Source of the DNA: an uncultured Gemmatimonadaceae bacterium | GTDB lineage: Bacteria; Gemmatimonadota; Gemmatimonadetes; Gemmatimonadales; Gemmatimonadaceae | Assembly (NCBI GenBank): GCA_963817955.1 | Contig: CAWFQK010000002.1 | Coordinates: 896,001 to 960,000, forward strand | DNA length: 64,000 bases | Direction of reading: 5' to 3' | Part shown: positions 18,691 to 28,776 of the stretch, piece after piece | How the letters are laid out: the number at the start of each line of letters is the position of its first letter | Numbering within the stretch: the stretch's first letter is position 1 | Program-made: the position numbers and the translations under genes | The notes under the pieces: generated by a model | Told to the model about the DNA's origin: nothing | Databases searched by the model: none | The model's input: the letters and a program-made list of their open reading frames with translations, nothing else

Positions 18691-20166
18691 CTATGATGCC
18701 TGTCCCGTCGACAATCGCAAGTCTTCCGAAATCGCGGCGAACTGCTCCAACGCAGCCTCCAGATCAGCGGCGATATCAGCCGCAATGACCTCGGGTGCCG
18801 GCAGGTTGGAAGATTCCTCCAGCGCTTCGTCCTTCAACCAGAAGATGTCCAGGTTGAGCTTGTCGCGCTTTACGAGTTCCTCGTACGTGAAACACTTGAA
18901 CCGCTCGCTCTCCTTCCGGTTGTTTCTGTTCTTCCGATTGTAGCACGCCACGAAATCATCGAGGTCGCTCGGTTGGAGCGTGTTCTCCTTGAGCGTGAAG
19001 TGCATGTTGGTGCGCAGGTCGTAGATCCAGAGCTTCTGCGTCCACGGCTTTTCCTGCGCGGGCTTGCGATCGAAGAAGAGCACGTTCGCCTTCACACCCT
19101 GGGCGTAGAAGATCCCGGTGGGGAGACGCAGCAAGGTGTGCACGTCCGCCTGCTTGAGCAGTTCACGGCGAATGGTTTCGCCGGCGCCACCTTCGAACAG
19201 CACGTTGTCCGGCAGCACGACGGCCGCGCGACCGTGCTGCTTGAGGATGGTGAAGATGTGCTGAAGAAAGTTGAGCTGCTTGTTGCTCGTCGTCGCCCAG
19301 AAGTCGTCGCGGTTGATGGTGAGCGACTCCTTCGACGTTTCGCCAGCCTGGTTGACGATGGTGACGCTGCTCTTCTTGCCGAACGGCGGATTGGCCAGCA
19401 CGATGTCGTACTCGCCGTGCTTGCCGGCCAGCGCGTCCTTCGTGACGACGGGAAGGTCTTCCTCGGAATCGCCGCCGATGCCGTGGAGCAGCAGATTCAT
19501 CGCGCAGAGGCGCGTGACGCTGTCCACCAGTTCGATGCCGAAGAAGGTGCCGCTCTTGAGCTTCTTCTTCTGCGCGCGATCGAGCTCGCCGTGCTTGACG
19601 AGATAGTCATGCGCGGCGAGGAGAAAGCCGCCGGTGCCGCACGCCGGATCGCAGATGGTCTGGCCCGGCTGGGGTCCGACGACTTCGACCATCGCCGCGA
19701 TGAGCGCCCGCGGCGTGAAGTACTGTCCCGCGCCGCCCTTCACATCCTCGGCGTTCTTCTGCAGCAGGCCTTCGTAGGCGTCGCCCTTCACGTCGACGCC
19801 GAGGCTGGTCCATTGCTCCTTGTCGATGAGGTCGACGATGAGGCGGCGGAGCTTGGCCGGGTCCTGGATCTTGTTCTGAGCCTTCCGGAAGATGAGGCCC
19901 AGCAGGCCGGACTTCTTGCCGAGTTCTTCGAGAGTGCGGCGGTAGTGCGCTTCGAGTTCGTCGCCTTCGACTTTCAGCAACGCGCTCCAGTCGAATCCCT
20001 TCGGAATGCGTGACGGTTTGTTGAAGGGCGGTTTCGATTGCTCGTCCGCCATTTTCAGGAACAGCAGGAACGTCAACTGCTCGACGTAGTCGCCGTAGGA
20101 CAGGCCGTCGTCGCGGAGGATGTTGCAGTAGTTCCAGAGTTTCTGAACGAGTTGGTGCGGACTCAT
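18691..20166 (-). CDS. hsdM: Type I R-M m6A methyltransferase subunit
   Basis: LVQKLWNYCNILRDDG, GQYFTPR, DPACGTGGFL, NPPFG; ATG 20166. Confidence 0.95.
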   Translation of the reverse strand: MSPHQLVQKLWNYCNILRDDGLSYGDYVEQLTFLLFLKMADEQSKPPFNKPSRIPKGFDWSALLKVEGDELEAHYRRTLEELGKKSGLLGLIFRKAQNKIQDPAKLRRLIVDLIDKEQWTSLGVDVKGDAYEGLLQKNAEDVKGGAGQYFTPRALIAAMVEVVGPQPGQTICDPACGTGGFLLAAHDYLVKHGELDRAQKKKLKSGTFFGIELVDSVTRLCAMNLLLHGIGGDSEEDLPVVTKDALAGKHGEYDIVLANPPFGKKSSVTIVNQAGETSKESLTINRDDFWATTSNKQLNFLQHIFTILKQHGRAAVVLPDNVLFEGGAGETIRRELLKQADVHTLLRLPTGIFYAQGVKANVLFFDRKPAQEKPWTQKLWIYDLRTNMHFTLKENTLQPSDLDDFVACYNRKNRNNRKESERFKCFTYEELVKRDKLNLDIFWLKDEALEESSNLPAPEVIAADIAADLEAALEQFAAISEDLRLSTGQAS

Positions 20167-20230
20167 GACTTCTTCTTCGGGCTGGGCGTGGGCAATTCGC
20201 CAGGCGCTGGCGAGGTCGGAACCGAGGCGC

Positions 20231-21712
20231 TCATACGAGCGTTCCGGCGAACGCCTTCTGGAGGATGGATTGGCGAAGGCGGGTGGCGCGTTGGAGGTTG
20301 GAGGCGAGCACCCCTTCCAACTCATCAACGACGCTCAGTCGGCGTTCGACTTCCGCAACGATTCGCACCTGCTCAGCGAGAGGCGGCAAGGGAACGGCCA
20401 GAGCAGCCACAGATTTTGTGTTGAAATGAGTGAGCGCTACTCCGACTTTACCTGCTGCGACATGTCGCTTAGCGAGCGAGTTCATGTAGTAAGCGCCGTA
20501 CTGGGGCACGAACCCGAGTGGCCGTTGAATCAGCACAAGATCCGAGCAGTTCGCGTCAGGCAGCGAATCGGGAATTACGCAGGTCACCCCGACCGCACCA
20601 GAGCGAACGACAGCCAAGTCACCGGGCCGAAGTGCAGACTTGGAGAGTTGTTGGTGGAAGCTCCGGCCCACGTAAAGCATACCGTCCGGGTCGAATCGAT
20701 TCTCTCGCACATTCTGGCCGCGCAGGAATGGCACGCCGCTCTCGACGTATTCGTGTTTCATCGACCCGACAAAACCGACTGTCACCCGTTCCGCAAGCTG
20801 TTCAAACGTCGCCCAGGCCCAGCCTTCTGGCAGAGTGCCGAGCTTCGTTGAATCGGCGGCGACCGGCTCTTTGTACGCACCGCGACCTTGCCAGTTCCTA
20901 CGACGTTCGGCAATGACTCGCGCAAGCAGTGCTGTACCGGTTTCAAGTGTCGCCGTTCGCTCTCCGGACTTGACGAGGGTGGCCTCCCTGCAAACGAGGC
21001 GCCCTTCGCAGGCGGCCTTCAGGACGGCCGCGCGATAGCGCTTGAGGTTGGCCTGCGCTCGCCGCAAGGCAGCCACACCCGCATCCAGTCGAGTGAATTG
21101 TTTCTCAATCTCCGCCACTATCCGCCGCTGTTCTGCGATCGGCAGCATTGGAACAGGCAGTTGAACGAATGCCTCGCGGGTGAAATGCTTGATCGTACTC
21201 CCGGTGAAACGGCGCTCCAAGTTGCCATTTTTCGCAAGGAAATCCAGCAGATACACGAGAAGGCGCGGTTCGTATGGAACCTTGAATCGCACGCGATGAA
21301 GAGCCTTCTGAAACTTCACATCGGGAAGGTGCCCATTCCACACCGAAGCGCGTCCCGGTTCGCCACCCTCGCAGACCAGCACGTCGTTTGACCTGAGACC
21401 GAAACGCTCGACTTGCTCGTCCTCGAAGTGCATTTCGAGCAGATCGTCGGTTTCGATGGTACCCCATCGCACGTTGACGTTTCGGAGGTATGGCAGTCGC
21501 CTGCCCGTCTGATGCTTCGCCTTATCAAGCATCTTGCCGAGTTTGACGTCGGCAATCTCGCCGAGTGGAACAACAGGCCCGCCACTTTGGCTCGCTCGAT
21601 CAGTGCCCAACGCAATCGAGGTTGTCTGATGCGGCGGGGCGTCGCTACGTCCCTGACCCAGACTTGGCGTCTTGCGCGCTGCCGCGGCTACCGTCTCGCG
21701 CTTCACGCTCAC
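20231..21712 (-). CDS. hsdS: Type I R-M specificity subunit (two TRDs)
   Basis: Conserved PIAEQRRIVAEIE, LPEGWAWAT, PLPPLAEQVRIVAEVERRLS, LRQSILQKAFAG. Confidence 0.92.
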   Translation of the reverse strand: MSVKRETVAAAARKTPSLGQGRSDAPPHQTTSIALGTDRASQSGGPVVPLGEIADVKLGKMLDKAKHQTGRRLPYLRNVNVRWGTIETDDLLEMHFEDEQVERFGLRSNDVLVCEGGEPGRASVWNGHLPDVKFQKALHRVRFKVPYEPRLLVYLLDFLAKNGNLERRFTGSTIKHFTREAFVQLPVPMLPIAEQRRIVAEIEKQFTRLDAGVAALRRAQANLKRYRAAVLKAACEGRLVCREATLVKSGERTATLETGTALLARVIAERRRNWQGRGAYKEPVAADSTKLGTLPEGWAWATFEQLAERVTVGFVGSMKHEYVESGVPFLRGQNVRENRFDPDGMLYVGRSFHQQLSKSALRPGDLAVVRSGAVGVTCVIPDSLPDANCSDLVLIQRPLGFVPQYGAYYMNSLAKRHVAAGKVGVALTHFNTKSVAALAVPLPPLAEQVRIVAEVERRLSVVDELEGVLASNLQRATRLRQSILQKAFAGTLV

Positions 21713-22023
21713 CTTGGCTTGAAGACAAAGAACTCAGTCGAGCCGTAGCCGATGCCGTTTGTGAGTCCTTCGACGACTGCGGCTTTTCCATTCTCCATAC
21801 AGGGCGTGACCTTGGCGAACAGTACGTCGCCGTCACGGAACGATGTGTAGGCCTTTCGCAGCTCTGAAACTCTACGATCGCCGAGCGGTTCGAAGCGGCC
21901 AGTGCGCGCCTCGACACATTTCATCGGAATGAACGAGGCTAGTGACTCACCATCAGGCTCAATTCCCCCAAGCCGCTGGTTGATCTCGACGACGGAGCCA
22001 AGTGGAACGGTGGCCATGGTCAT
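21709..22023 (-). pseudogene. Truncated HsdS target-recognition domain (first ~100 aa only)
   Basis: VPLGSVVEIN...FIPM...YTSFRDGDVLFAKVTPCMENGK...GYGSTEFFVFKPR then stop. Confidence 0.8.
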
Positions 22024-22045
22024 CGCGTGTCGCTCAGACAGGCGA

Positions 22046-23347
22046 TCATCTCCGCGCCTCCAGCTTCCTGCGCGTTTCTTCCAGTTCGCCGGCGAGGATC
22101 CTCTCATCCGGCAGGGCGGTCAGGTATTCACGAACGAGCAGCTTGTTAAACAGGGCGTCGGTGGCGTAGTGGACGAGAGCCGCGCTTTTCGCGGAGCAGA
22201 GAATGATCCCGACCGGCGGGTTTTCGCCGGGCTGTACCCAGTGTTCACGGGCATAGTTCAGATAGAGATGCATCTGACCGGAATCGGCGTGAGTGAACCG
22301 GCCAAGCTTCAGGTCGACGATCACGAGACAGCGGAGGCGGCGATGGAAGAAGAGCAGGTCCACGCGATACCACTCGTCGTCAACGCGCAGGCGACGCTGA
22401 CGACCGACGAAGGCGAAGTCGTTGCCCAGCTCCAGCAGGAACGTCTCGAGGTGCCGGATGAGCGCGTCCTCGAGGTCGGATTCGGAGTATTCATCCCGCA
22501 AGCCGAGGAATTCGAGGACGAGCGGGTGCCGGATTTCCTCATCGGCGCTGACGGCGTCGCTGGGATGGGGCTTCGCACCCTCGGTGAGCATGGCGACCTT
22601 GTTGCGCGAAAGGCCAGTGCGTTCGTAGAACTGGCTGTCCATCTGACGCTGGAGCTGACGCACGGACCAACCTCCGCGCAGGGCCTCGGTGTGATAAAAG
22701 GCAAAGGCTTCCGGGGAGCGGGAGCGACGAATCAACAGGACATAGTGTGACCATGGCAGTGGGAACACTCGGGCAACGTCGACCAGGGCGAAAGGCAAGG
22801 CGGGTGTTTCGGCAGACGATGTCCGCGAAATCCGAGACAGTGTCTCGGATTTTGGAGCTGCTTCCGACGCAACCTGAGACACCAGTCCCAATTTCCGAGA
22901 CAGTGTCTCGGAAATCATGCTCGTACTACAAACGCCATAGAAGAGACGCATGTTCTCGAGGTTATCGACAGAAAAGCCTCGTCCGTAGCGTACGGTCAGG
23001 TCCGCGGCCAGGCGCTTCAACAACTCCTTGCCGTATGCCGCTCGCTCCTCGCCGCGCTGTTGGAACTCCACAGTCCGTCGCCCAATCTCCCAATACGTCG
23101 CCGTCATGAACGCGTTGACGGTGCGGGCGCTTGCACGCCGCGCCGCTTCCAGCAGATCACTGACGCCTCTCAGCAGGCCAAAGTAGCCGTCAGCGGTGAC
23201 GAGTGAAGTGGTCTTCTTCCTGGCAGTGGGTTTCTTCGTGACTACGACTCTCTTCTTCGCAGTCGGCTTCTTCCTAACCGTCGATGTCCTCTTCGCGGCG
23301 GGCCTCTTCCTCGCAACGGGTTTCTTCTTTGCGATGCGCTTCTTCAT
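22046..23347 (-). CDS. YhcG/DUF1016 family PD-(D/E)XK nuclease-like protein
   Basis: YWEIGRR, YGRGFS..NL..MR.FY, LPWSHY, GWSVRQLQRQ, FLLELGNDFAFVGRQ, DLLFFHRRLRCLVIVDLK, GQMHLYLNY; Lys-rich N-tail. Confidence 0.92.
   Translation of the reverse strand: MKKRIAKKKPVARKRPAAKRTSTVRKKPTAKKRVVVTKKPTARKKTTSLVTADGYFGLLRGVSDLLEAARRASARTVNAFMTATYWEIGRRTVEFQQRGEERAAYGKELLKRLAADLTVRYGRGFSVDNLENMRLFYGVCSTSMISETLSRKLGLVSQVASEAAPKSETLSRISRTSSAETPALPFALVDVARVFPLPWSHYVLLIRRSRSPEAFAFYHTEALRGGWSVRQLQRQMDSQFYERTGLSRNKVAMLTEGAKPHPSDAVSADEEIRHPLVLEFLGLRDEYSESDLEDALIRHLETFLLELGNDFAFVGRQRRLRVDDEWYRVDLLFFHRRLRCLVIVDLKLGRFTHADSGQMHLYLNYAREHWVQPGENPPVGIILCSAKSAALVHYATDALFNKLLVREYLTALPDERILAGELEETRRKLEARR
22828..22915. 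repeat. Two intragenic 25-bp palindromes in yhcG-like gene
   Basis: aaatccgagaca-g-tgtctcggattt (22828-22852) and atttccgagaca-g-tgtctcggaaat (22891-22915); period 63 bp. Confidence 0.9.
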
Positions 23348-26149
23348 GCGACCAGAGCGACGTTGAGCTCCTCGAGGATGCGGCTGAACTCACCGCCGAA
23401 CAACTGGTGCACCTTCCCCAATCCGCCCTGCTGGCTGAACGGCGCATACTCGAAGTCATCCGGCTCGATGCTCAGACTCGTCGCGATGTGATCGCGAATG
23501 AGATTCAGCCACGCCAGCTGCTCCGGCGTGAACACCGCACCAGCATCCGCCTTGTCCACCAGCCATTCACTGAATCGCTGCCCTACCGAATCCGCGAACG
23601 GCGCGAGCACCGGCTGCTGCTCCAGCGCAAACCGTACGAGCGACACGAGGTCCGCAAACCGCCCCGCCCGCGAGCGGCCCTTTACCTTGGCCGGCGTCGT
23701 CACGGCATACGCATCCCACAGCCGGTCCTCGGTCCACGAGGCGTGGTTGTCCCGCAGCTTCTTCTCCAGCTCCTTGAGCATCGCCTCGGTGAGCCGCTGC
23801 GTGAACGGCACACTATAAAGGATCTGAAGCGCGTCGATCTCCGTCTGGTGCGACGCGAGATAGCCCCGAAACTCCTGCACGAGCCCCGCCGCCCTCGCCT
23901 TCGCGTCGGCGTCGAATCCCTGACTCAATACTTCGTCCGGAGTGTAGATGTCGAGCGCCTGCTCGGTCTCCCTCTTCACGATATCGAGCCGCTCACGGAG
24001 CGCCGGCTTGTCGAAGGGCGCGCATGCCTCCTCGATGAGCTGCTTCCGCGTCACCTCGTATTGGTCCGGCGGAATATTCTCCGACACGGCACCGTGCTGA
24101 CCAGTCGCGCGCTCGGCGATGGCATCCGGGTCGTACGCGCGGAGCAATGCACCCGCGAGCGTGGCCGGCGTCTGGCCGCCCGACGCCTCGGCGATCTGTT
24201 GACGCTGCTCAGGCTCGAGCTCACGGTCCAGCCGAGCAAGTCGCGCGGCGAGCGTGGTGAGCGTGTCTTCGTCGCGGCCGCCGGGAAAGAGCACCCGATG
24301 CAGCAACGCCTTGAGCGGCATGCTCGGCTTGCGGTCCAGCGGACGCGAATCGGTCTTGTCGCTCTCGCACACACCCACCGCATCGATGATGACGAAACGC
24401 GTCTTCGTGCGCGCGTCTTCGCCTGACACCGACTGGAGTTCGGTCGGCGACAGCACACGGGTTCCGCGGCCTTTCATCTGCTCGAAGTACACGCGGCTCC
24501 TGACATCGCGCAGGAAGATCAGCGCCTCGAGCGGCTTGATGTCCGTGCCGGTGGCAATCATGTCTACGGTCACCGCAATGCGCAGCGATGGCGACAGCCG
24601 GAACTCGCTGATCAGTTCCCGAGACTTCGCGGGCCTGCCCGTCGTCTCCTGCTTCGACTGATAGGTGATCTTCTTGCAGAAATCATTGCCCTTCCCGAAC
24701 ACCTCGCGGCAGATATGGACGATGTCCTCCGCATGGGAGTCGTCTTTCGCGAAGATGAGCGTCTTGGGGACGAGCGTGCGGCCGGGAAAGAGCTCGGTGA
24801 ACACGACGTCCCGATACGCCTTCAATATGGTGCGGATCTGATCCGGCACCACGACTGACCGGTCCAGGTCCGCCGGTGTGTAGTCGAGATCCTCGTCCAG
24901 CACCGCCTGACGTGCCGCGCGCGACGCCTTGCTCCGATGGTCGACGAGAAAACCCTTCTCCACCTTGCCGCCCTGATCGGTGACGCGCGTCTTGATGCGA
25001 TACACGTCGTAGCCGACGTTGACGCCGTCCACCACGGCACGCTCGTGGTTGTACTCAGCGACGCGGTTCTGGTGGAAGTACGCAATGGTCTGGGGCGCAG
25101 GCGTCGCGGTGAGACCCACGAGAAACGCGTCGAAGTACTCGAGCACCTGCCGCCAGAGATTGTAGATCGAGCGGTGACACTCATCTGTCACGATGAAATC
25201 GAACTTCTCGATCGGTACCGCAGGATTGTACGCCACATCTCGCGTGCGCGTAGTCCCGAGAGCCGCCGCCAGTTCGGCGCCGCTCAGTTCGTCCGCATCT
25301 TCGGGAAGGTCCTCACCGCGCAGGATCGAATAGAGTCGCTGAATGGTACAGATCGTGACCTTGCACACGTCGTCGATATTGGGCGACGTGAGGTGCTGCA
25401 CGTTGTACAGATCCGTGAACAGCCTGTCCGTGTCCGGTGTGCGGAACGCGTGGAACTCGTCGTTGGCCTGCTTGCCGAGGTTCGAACGGTCAACGAGAAA
25501 GAGAATGCGGCGAGCACCGGCGTGCTTGATCAGGCGATACGTGAACGCACATGCGGTGTACGTCTTTCCCGCGCCGGTGGCCATATGAATGAGAGCGCGG
25601 GGCTTGCTCTCGGCAAACGACTTTTCGAGTCCGGTAATGGCTTCGATCTGGCAATCGCGCATGCCATTCGTCAGCAGAGGAAACGCTTCCGGCATGCCCG
25701 ACAACCGTGTGCGCAGCGTGTCGGGTTCGGCAAACCACGACGAGAGCGTCTCCGGCCGGTGAAACGAGAAGACACGACGAGAGCGCGGGTCAGGATCGCG
25801 CGAGTCGCGGAAGAACGTCTCCACGCCGGTCGATTCGTAGACGAAGGGCAGCGGCCCGGTGAGTCCAGGCGCGAGCAGCTCCGGGAGGTTTGTCGCGTAA
25901 CGCTGCGACTGCTCGGCCACGACGGACAACTTCACCCCTGCCTTTTTTGCCTCGATCACGCCAAGGGCGATGCGGTCAACCAGAAGGAGATAGTCGCACG
26001 GCCCCGTCTTTGTGCGGCACTTCTCTGAGAGCGACGCCACGCCCGGCGGCAAAATCGAGCGACCTGTAGTCCTGAATCACCCAACCCGACGCGACGAGTT
26101 GGGCATCGATCTGCTGACGTGCGCGTTTTTCCGGGGTCAGCTCGGACAC
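23344..26149 (-). CDS. hsdR: Type I R-M restriction subunit, apparent +1 frameshift at ~26010
   Basis: N-term MSELTPEKRARQQIDAQLVASGW (GTG 26149) is in a different frame from the body (DYLL..IEAKK, MATGAGKT, DECHRS, GLTATP, QMKGRGTR); removing one T from ttt 26009-26011 joins them (VPHKTGPCDY). Confidence 0.88.
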
Positions 26150-26663
26150 TGAGGCTGGTCTTGCGTCACGGAGATCACTCGGCGGGGAACCGGCGACTGG
26201 CGGACGGCGGTGATGGACAACGCAGCAAGTGATTCATTATAGCCTGCGGCGCAATGCCGTGGTGACAGCAGTATGGTCCGGAGATACTGCAGGGCATCCA
26301 GGCTCTGGATATTGCACCGCGATGCATCGATCTGCCAGAGAGCCACCTGCGCCTCCTGAATCGAACCCGCCCGCTCGTCCGCTGGAATTCTTTGGCGGCG
26401 TGACCGCGTTATCACGTGCTGATGAATATTCCTGCGCGCAGAACTGTGTGTACTGATAGCCATCGGCGTGTTGCCGCTTGTATTCGACCCAAAAGAGTTG
26501 CGGCGTCGCCTTTGCCGGCACCGCCGCGTCGATCTCGGCGGGAAGTGGCCACGGGAGTCCCGTCGCCCGAAAGCGCACGACATAGTCGTACACCGTGATT
26601 TGCGACAACGCATTGGCCTCGAGCGCAGAGGGCGGCGGGGTCCGGCGTCTTCTTGCGGAACAT
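26137..26663 (-). pseudogene. Possible single hypothetical gene split by two 1-bp homopolymer indels
   Basis: Deleting one base from gggg 26637-26640 and from ttt 26391-26393 fuses three ORF pieces (MFRKKTPD-PPPSALEANAL...TPP-RIPADERAG...); no recognisable domain. Confidence 0.35.
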
Positions 26664-26774
26664 GCAGGGGCCAACGTAGCGAGGAGGACGTGGGCCATCG
26701 ACGGTCGCCCCAATTTACAATATGCTCATCCTTCTGTCCGCCGCGTTTTCAACAACCTGCCAAAGGCGCCCTCC

Positions 26775-27911
26775 CTACGCCATTTCTCCCATCCATGCCG
26801 AGAGCGAGCGCACCGACTTGCTCACAAATGCCGACCAATCCTGGACCGGAGAGTGCACACTCCAGAGGGCCACTAGGTCCTGTTCGAAGGCACGGCGATG
26901 ATGCTCGAGGAGGTCCCGCCCATGCGCACCGAACGCGTACTCGCTCATCGGCCGGGCACGAGCTGCTTCCGACCAGTGGAGGAAGGCGGCGGCGAATACG
27001 AAGCGCTCGTGCCACGCAGCCCAGCGTGGGGGGCGATCCTTGATGCCCAGGAGTGGCGCCCAGTAGCCATAGATGATGCGGTAGCTCAACGGCTGACCAT
27101 CGAGGGACTCGATCAGGCGTGCGGCCGCTAGATCCTCTGCTGCGCGTCGTACCGCGGCTGCCGTGTAGCCGGTGGCATCAACGGCCTCGCGCACGGTTGC
27201 CCAGTCTTCAGCACGGGCGAGGAGAAAGGCAACAAGGTCGGCTTTGATGCCGACGCCTAAGCCGAGTCGAAGACGAAGGAGGAGTGTCGCATCTGCCAGT
27301 AGGCGCGTCCGTGCAGCGCGCATCTTTACGCGCGCGCCACTCGGCGCGTGCGCATGCGCGGTGCGTGCGAGAGCTTCGTGGACCGATTCGTCGCTTGAAG
27401 CGTGCACTCCTCGTCTGCCTTCTCCACTCACGGATGAGCGGTGTGCCAAGGGGCGCCACCGGAGATCCTTTCCCTCATCGCTCGCTGCCGTGGCGAACAG
27501 CGCCAGCTGGTGCGTGAGTTCATCCTGCATCGGCGCGGGATAGTCCGCCTTGAGATTCTTGATTCGCTGGACGCTCAGCAAATCGGAATTGAGGACCGCC
27601 CAATCGTGCAGCATGTCTCCCATGCGTTGCTCATCGCGGAGAAGGGTGAGTGAGATGAGCACGAGCGCCTCCGGGTCGATCAGCGCTTCAACGTGACGTG
27701 TCTCTTCGTCCGTCGCGCGTGATCGCGATGCATGGCGACCGACGGCGGCAGCGCCGAGCGTCCGCCACTGGCGCCACACAACGCGCAGAACTGCATCGCG
27801 CAGTTCGTCGGCGAGTTGCGCAAGCTCAGCGTGAGCATCGGGGTCCGAATGACGAGAACTCTGCACTCGGTCGGCGTTGGCGCCGGCCTTCGGATCGGTG
27901 TGCTCGGTCAT
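26775..27911 (-). CDS. Hypothetical protein with winged helix-turn-helix; putative partner of upstream nucleotidyltransferase
   Basis: WATVREAVDATGYTAAAVRRAAEDLAAARLI; starts 4 bp after upstream gene. Confidence 0.7.
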   Translation of the reverse strand: MTEHTDPKAGANADRVQSSRHSDPDAHAELAQLADELRDAVLRVVWRQWRTLGAAAVGRHASRSRATDEETRHVEALIDPEALVLISLTLLRDEQRMGDMLHDWAVLNSDLLSVQRIKNLKADYPAPMQDELTHQLALFATAASDEGKDLRWRPLAHRSSVSGEGRRGVHASSDESVHEALARTAHAHAPSGARVKMRAARTRLLADATLLLRLRLGLGVGIKADLVAFLLARAEDWATVREAVDATGYTAAAVRRAAEDLAAARLIESLDGQPLSYRIIYGYWAPLLGIKDRPPRWAAWHERFVFAAAFLHWSEAARARPMSEYAFGAHGRDLLEHHRRAFEQDLVALWSVHSPVQDWSAFVSKSVRSLSAWMGEMA

Positions 27912-27915
27912 GTGC

Positions 27916-28524
27916 CTAGGTGAGGCTGAGGTCCTGACGAACGTGATTCACAACACGATCGAGAACGACGGCGAATTCGGGTGACGCATCCTGGGTTCGA
28001 ACCCAGGCCGCGGCGGCATCGAGTTCCGCAGTCGAGGGACGAAGAGCCAAGAGATCTTGGTAGTGAACGCTTCGGGGACCAATCGAGTCAGCCGCCGCAA
28101 ATAGCTTGAAGAAGATGAGATCGTACCGGGCGACGACACCGACCCAGAGCGCCGAGTATTGGCGCCATTCGACGCGTTGCTGAAGGCCCGGGGGAAGGCC
28201 GGTTCGCCACTGAGGGGCAGGACCGGCGTTCAGCCACTCGGGATCCAGCTCAAGGTCGCGCGCGACGGTGCGAGCCGCCAGAACAAGAGGCTCAGGCAGC
28301 GGTGTGGGGGGTTCGTGCAGCGAGTCATTGCCGGGGGCACCATCGATCCTCGGGACACCGAACGCCAAGATGTCGACGTCGCCGGTCGTTCGCTCCACGA
28401 TGCCGAGCAGGTTGAGTGCGGCACCGCCCACGATGGTGATGGCGTAGCCGAAGCCGGCCGCGGCCAAGACCTGCCCCGTGAGGGAGAGAGCCTCATCAAT
28501 ATCACTCGCGCCGCCTAGCTCCAT
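27916..28524 (-). CDS. Pol-beta superfamily nucleotidyltransferase (DUF6036/AbiEii-like)
   Basis: IVGGAAL...RTTGDVD, WLNAGP, KLFAA, DLLAL. Confidence 0.8.
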   Translation of the reverse strand: MELGGASDIDEALSLTGQVLAAAGFGYAITIVGGAALNLLGIVERTTGDVDILAFGVPRIDGAPGNDSLHEPPTPLPEPLVLAARTVARDLELDPEWLNAGPAPQWRTGLPPGLQQRVEWRQYSALWVGVVARYDLIFFKLFAAADSIGPRSVHYQDLLALRPSTAELDAAAAWVRTQDASPEFAVVLDRVVNHVRQDLSLT

Positions 28525-28776
28525 TATAGCTCCTAAAACGATACATAATAGTTCTTGTGGAGAAGCGTAATAGATCCATTCCTGCCCGGCAAGCGACGCT
28601 AGCGCGCTCAGAGACCGACTCTATTGGGTCGACGAAGCGGAACGCCAACTGCCACATCTCGGTCGACGGCCCATTCTATAAGAGTGCCATTCCAACTCAC
28701 CGGAAATCAGCATGGTAGTGCGCCACAAGCCGCCCAAGTGCTTGCTGACCCCAGTCCACCACCCATATTCCGCCCC

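Noticed and set aside
20231..22023. Phase-variable hsdS shufflon
   Set aside because: No inverted hsdS copies, recombination repeats or invertase in the window.
5200..28600. Integron cassette array (many co-oriented accessory genes)
   Set aside because: No integrase and no recurring RYYYAAC...GTTRRRY attC palindromes found after the genes.
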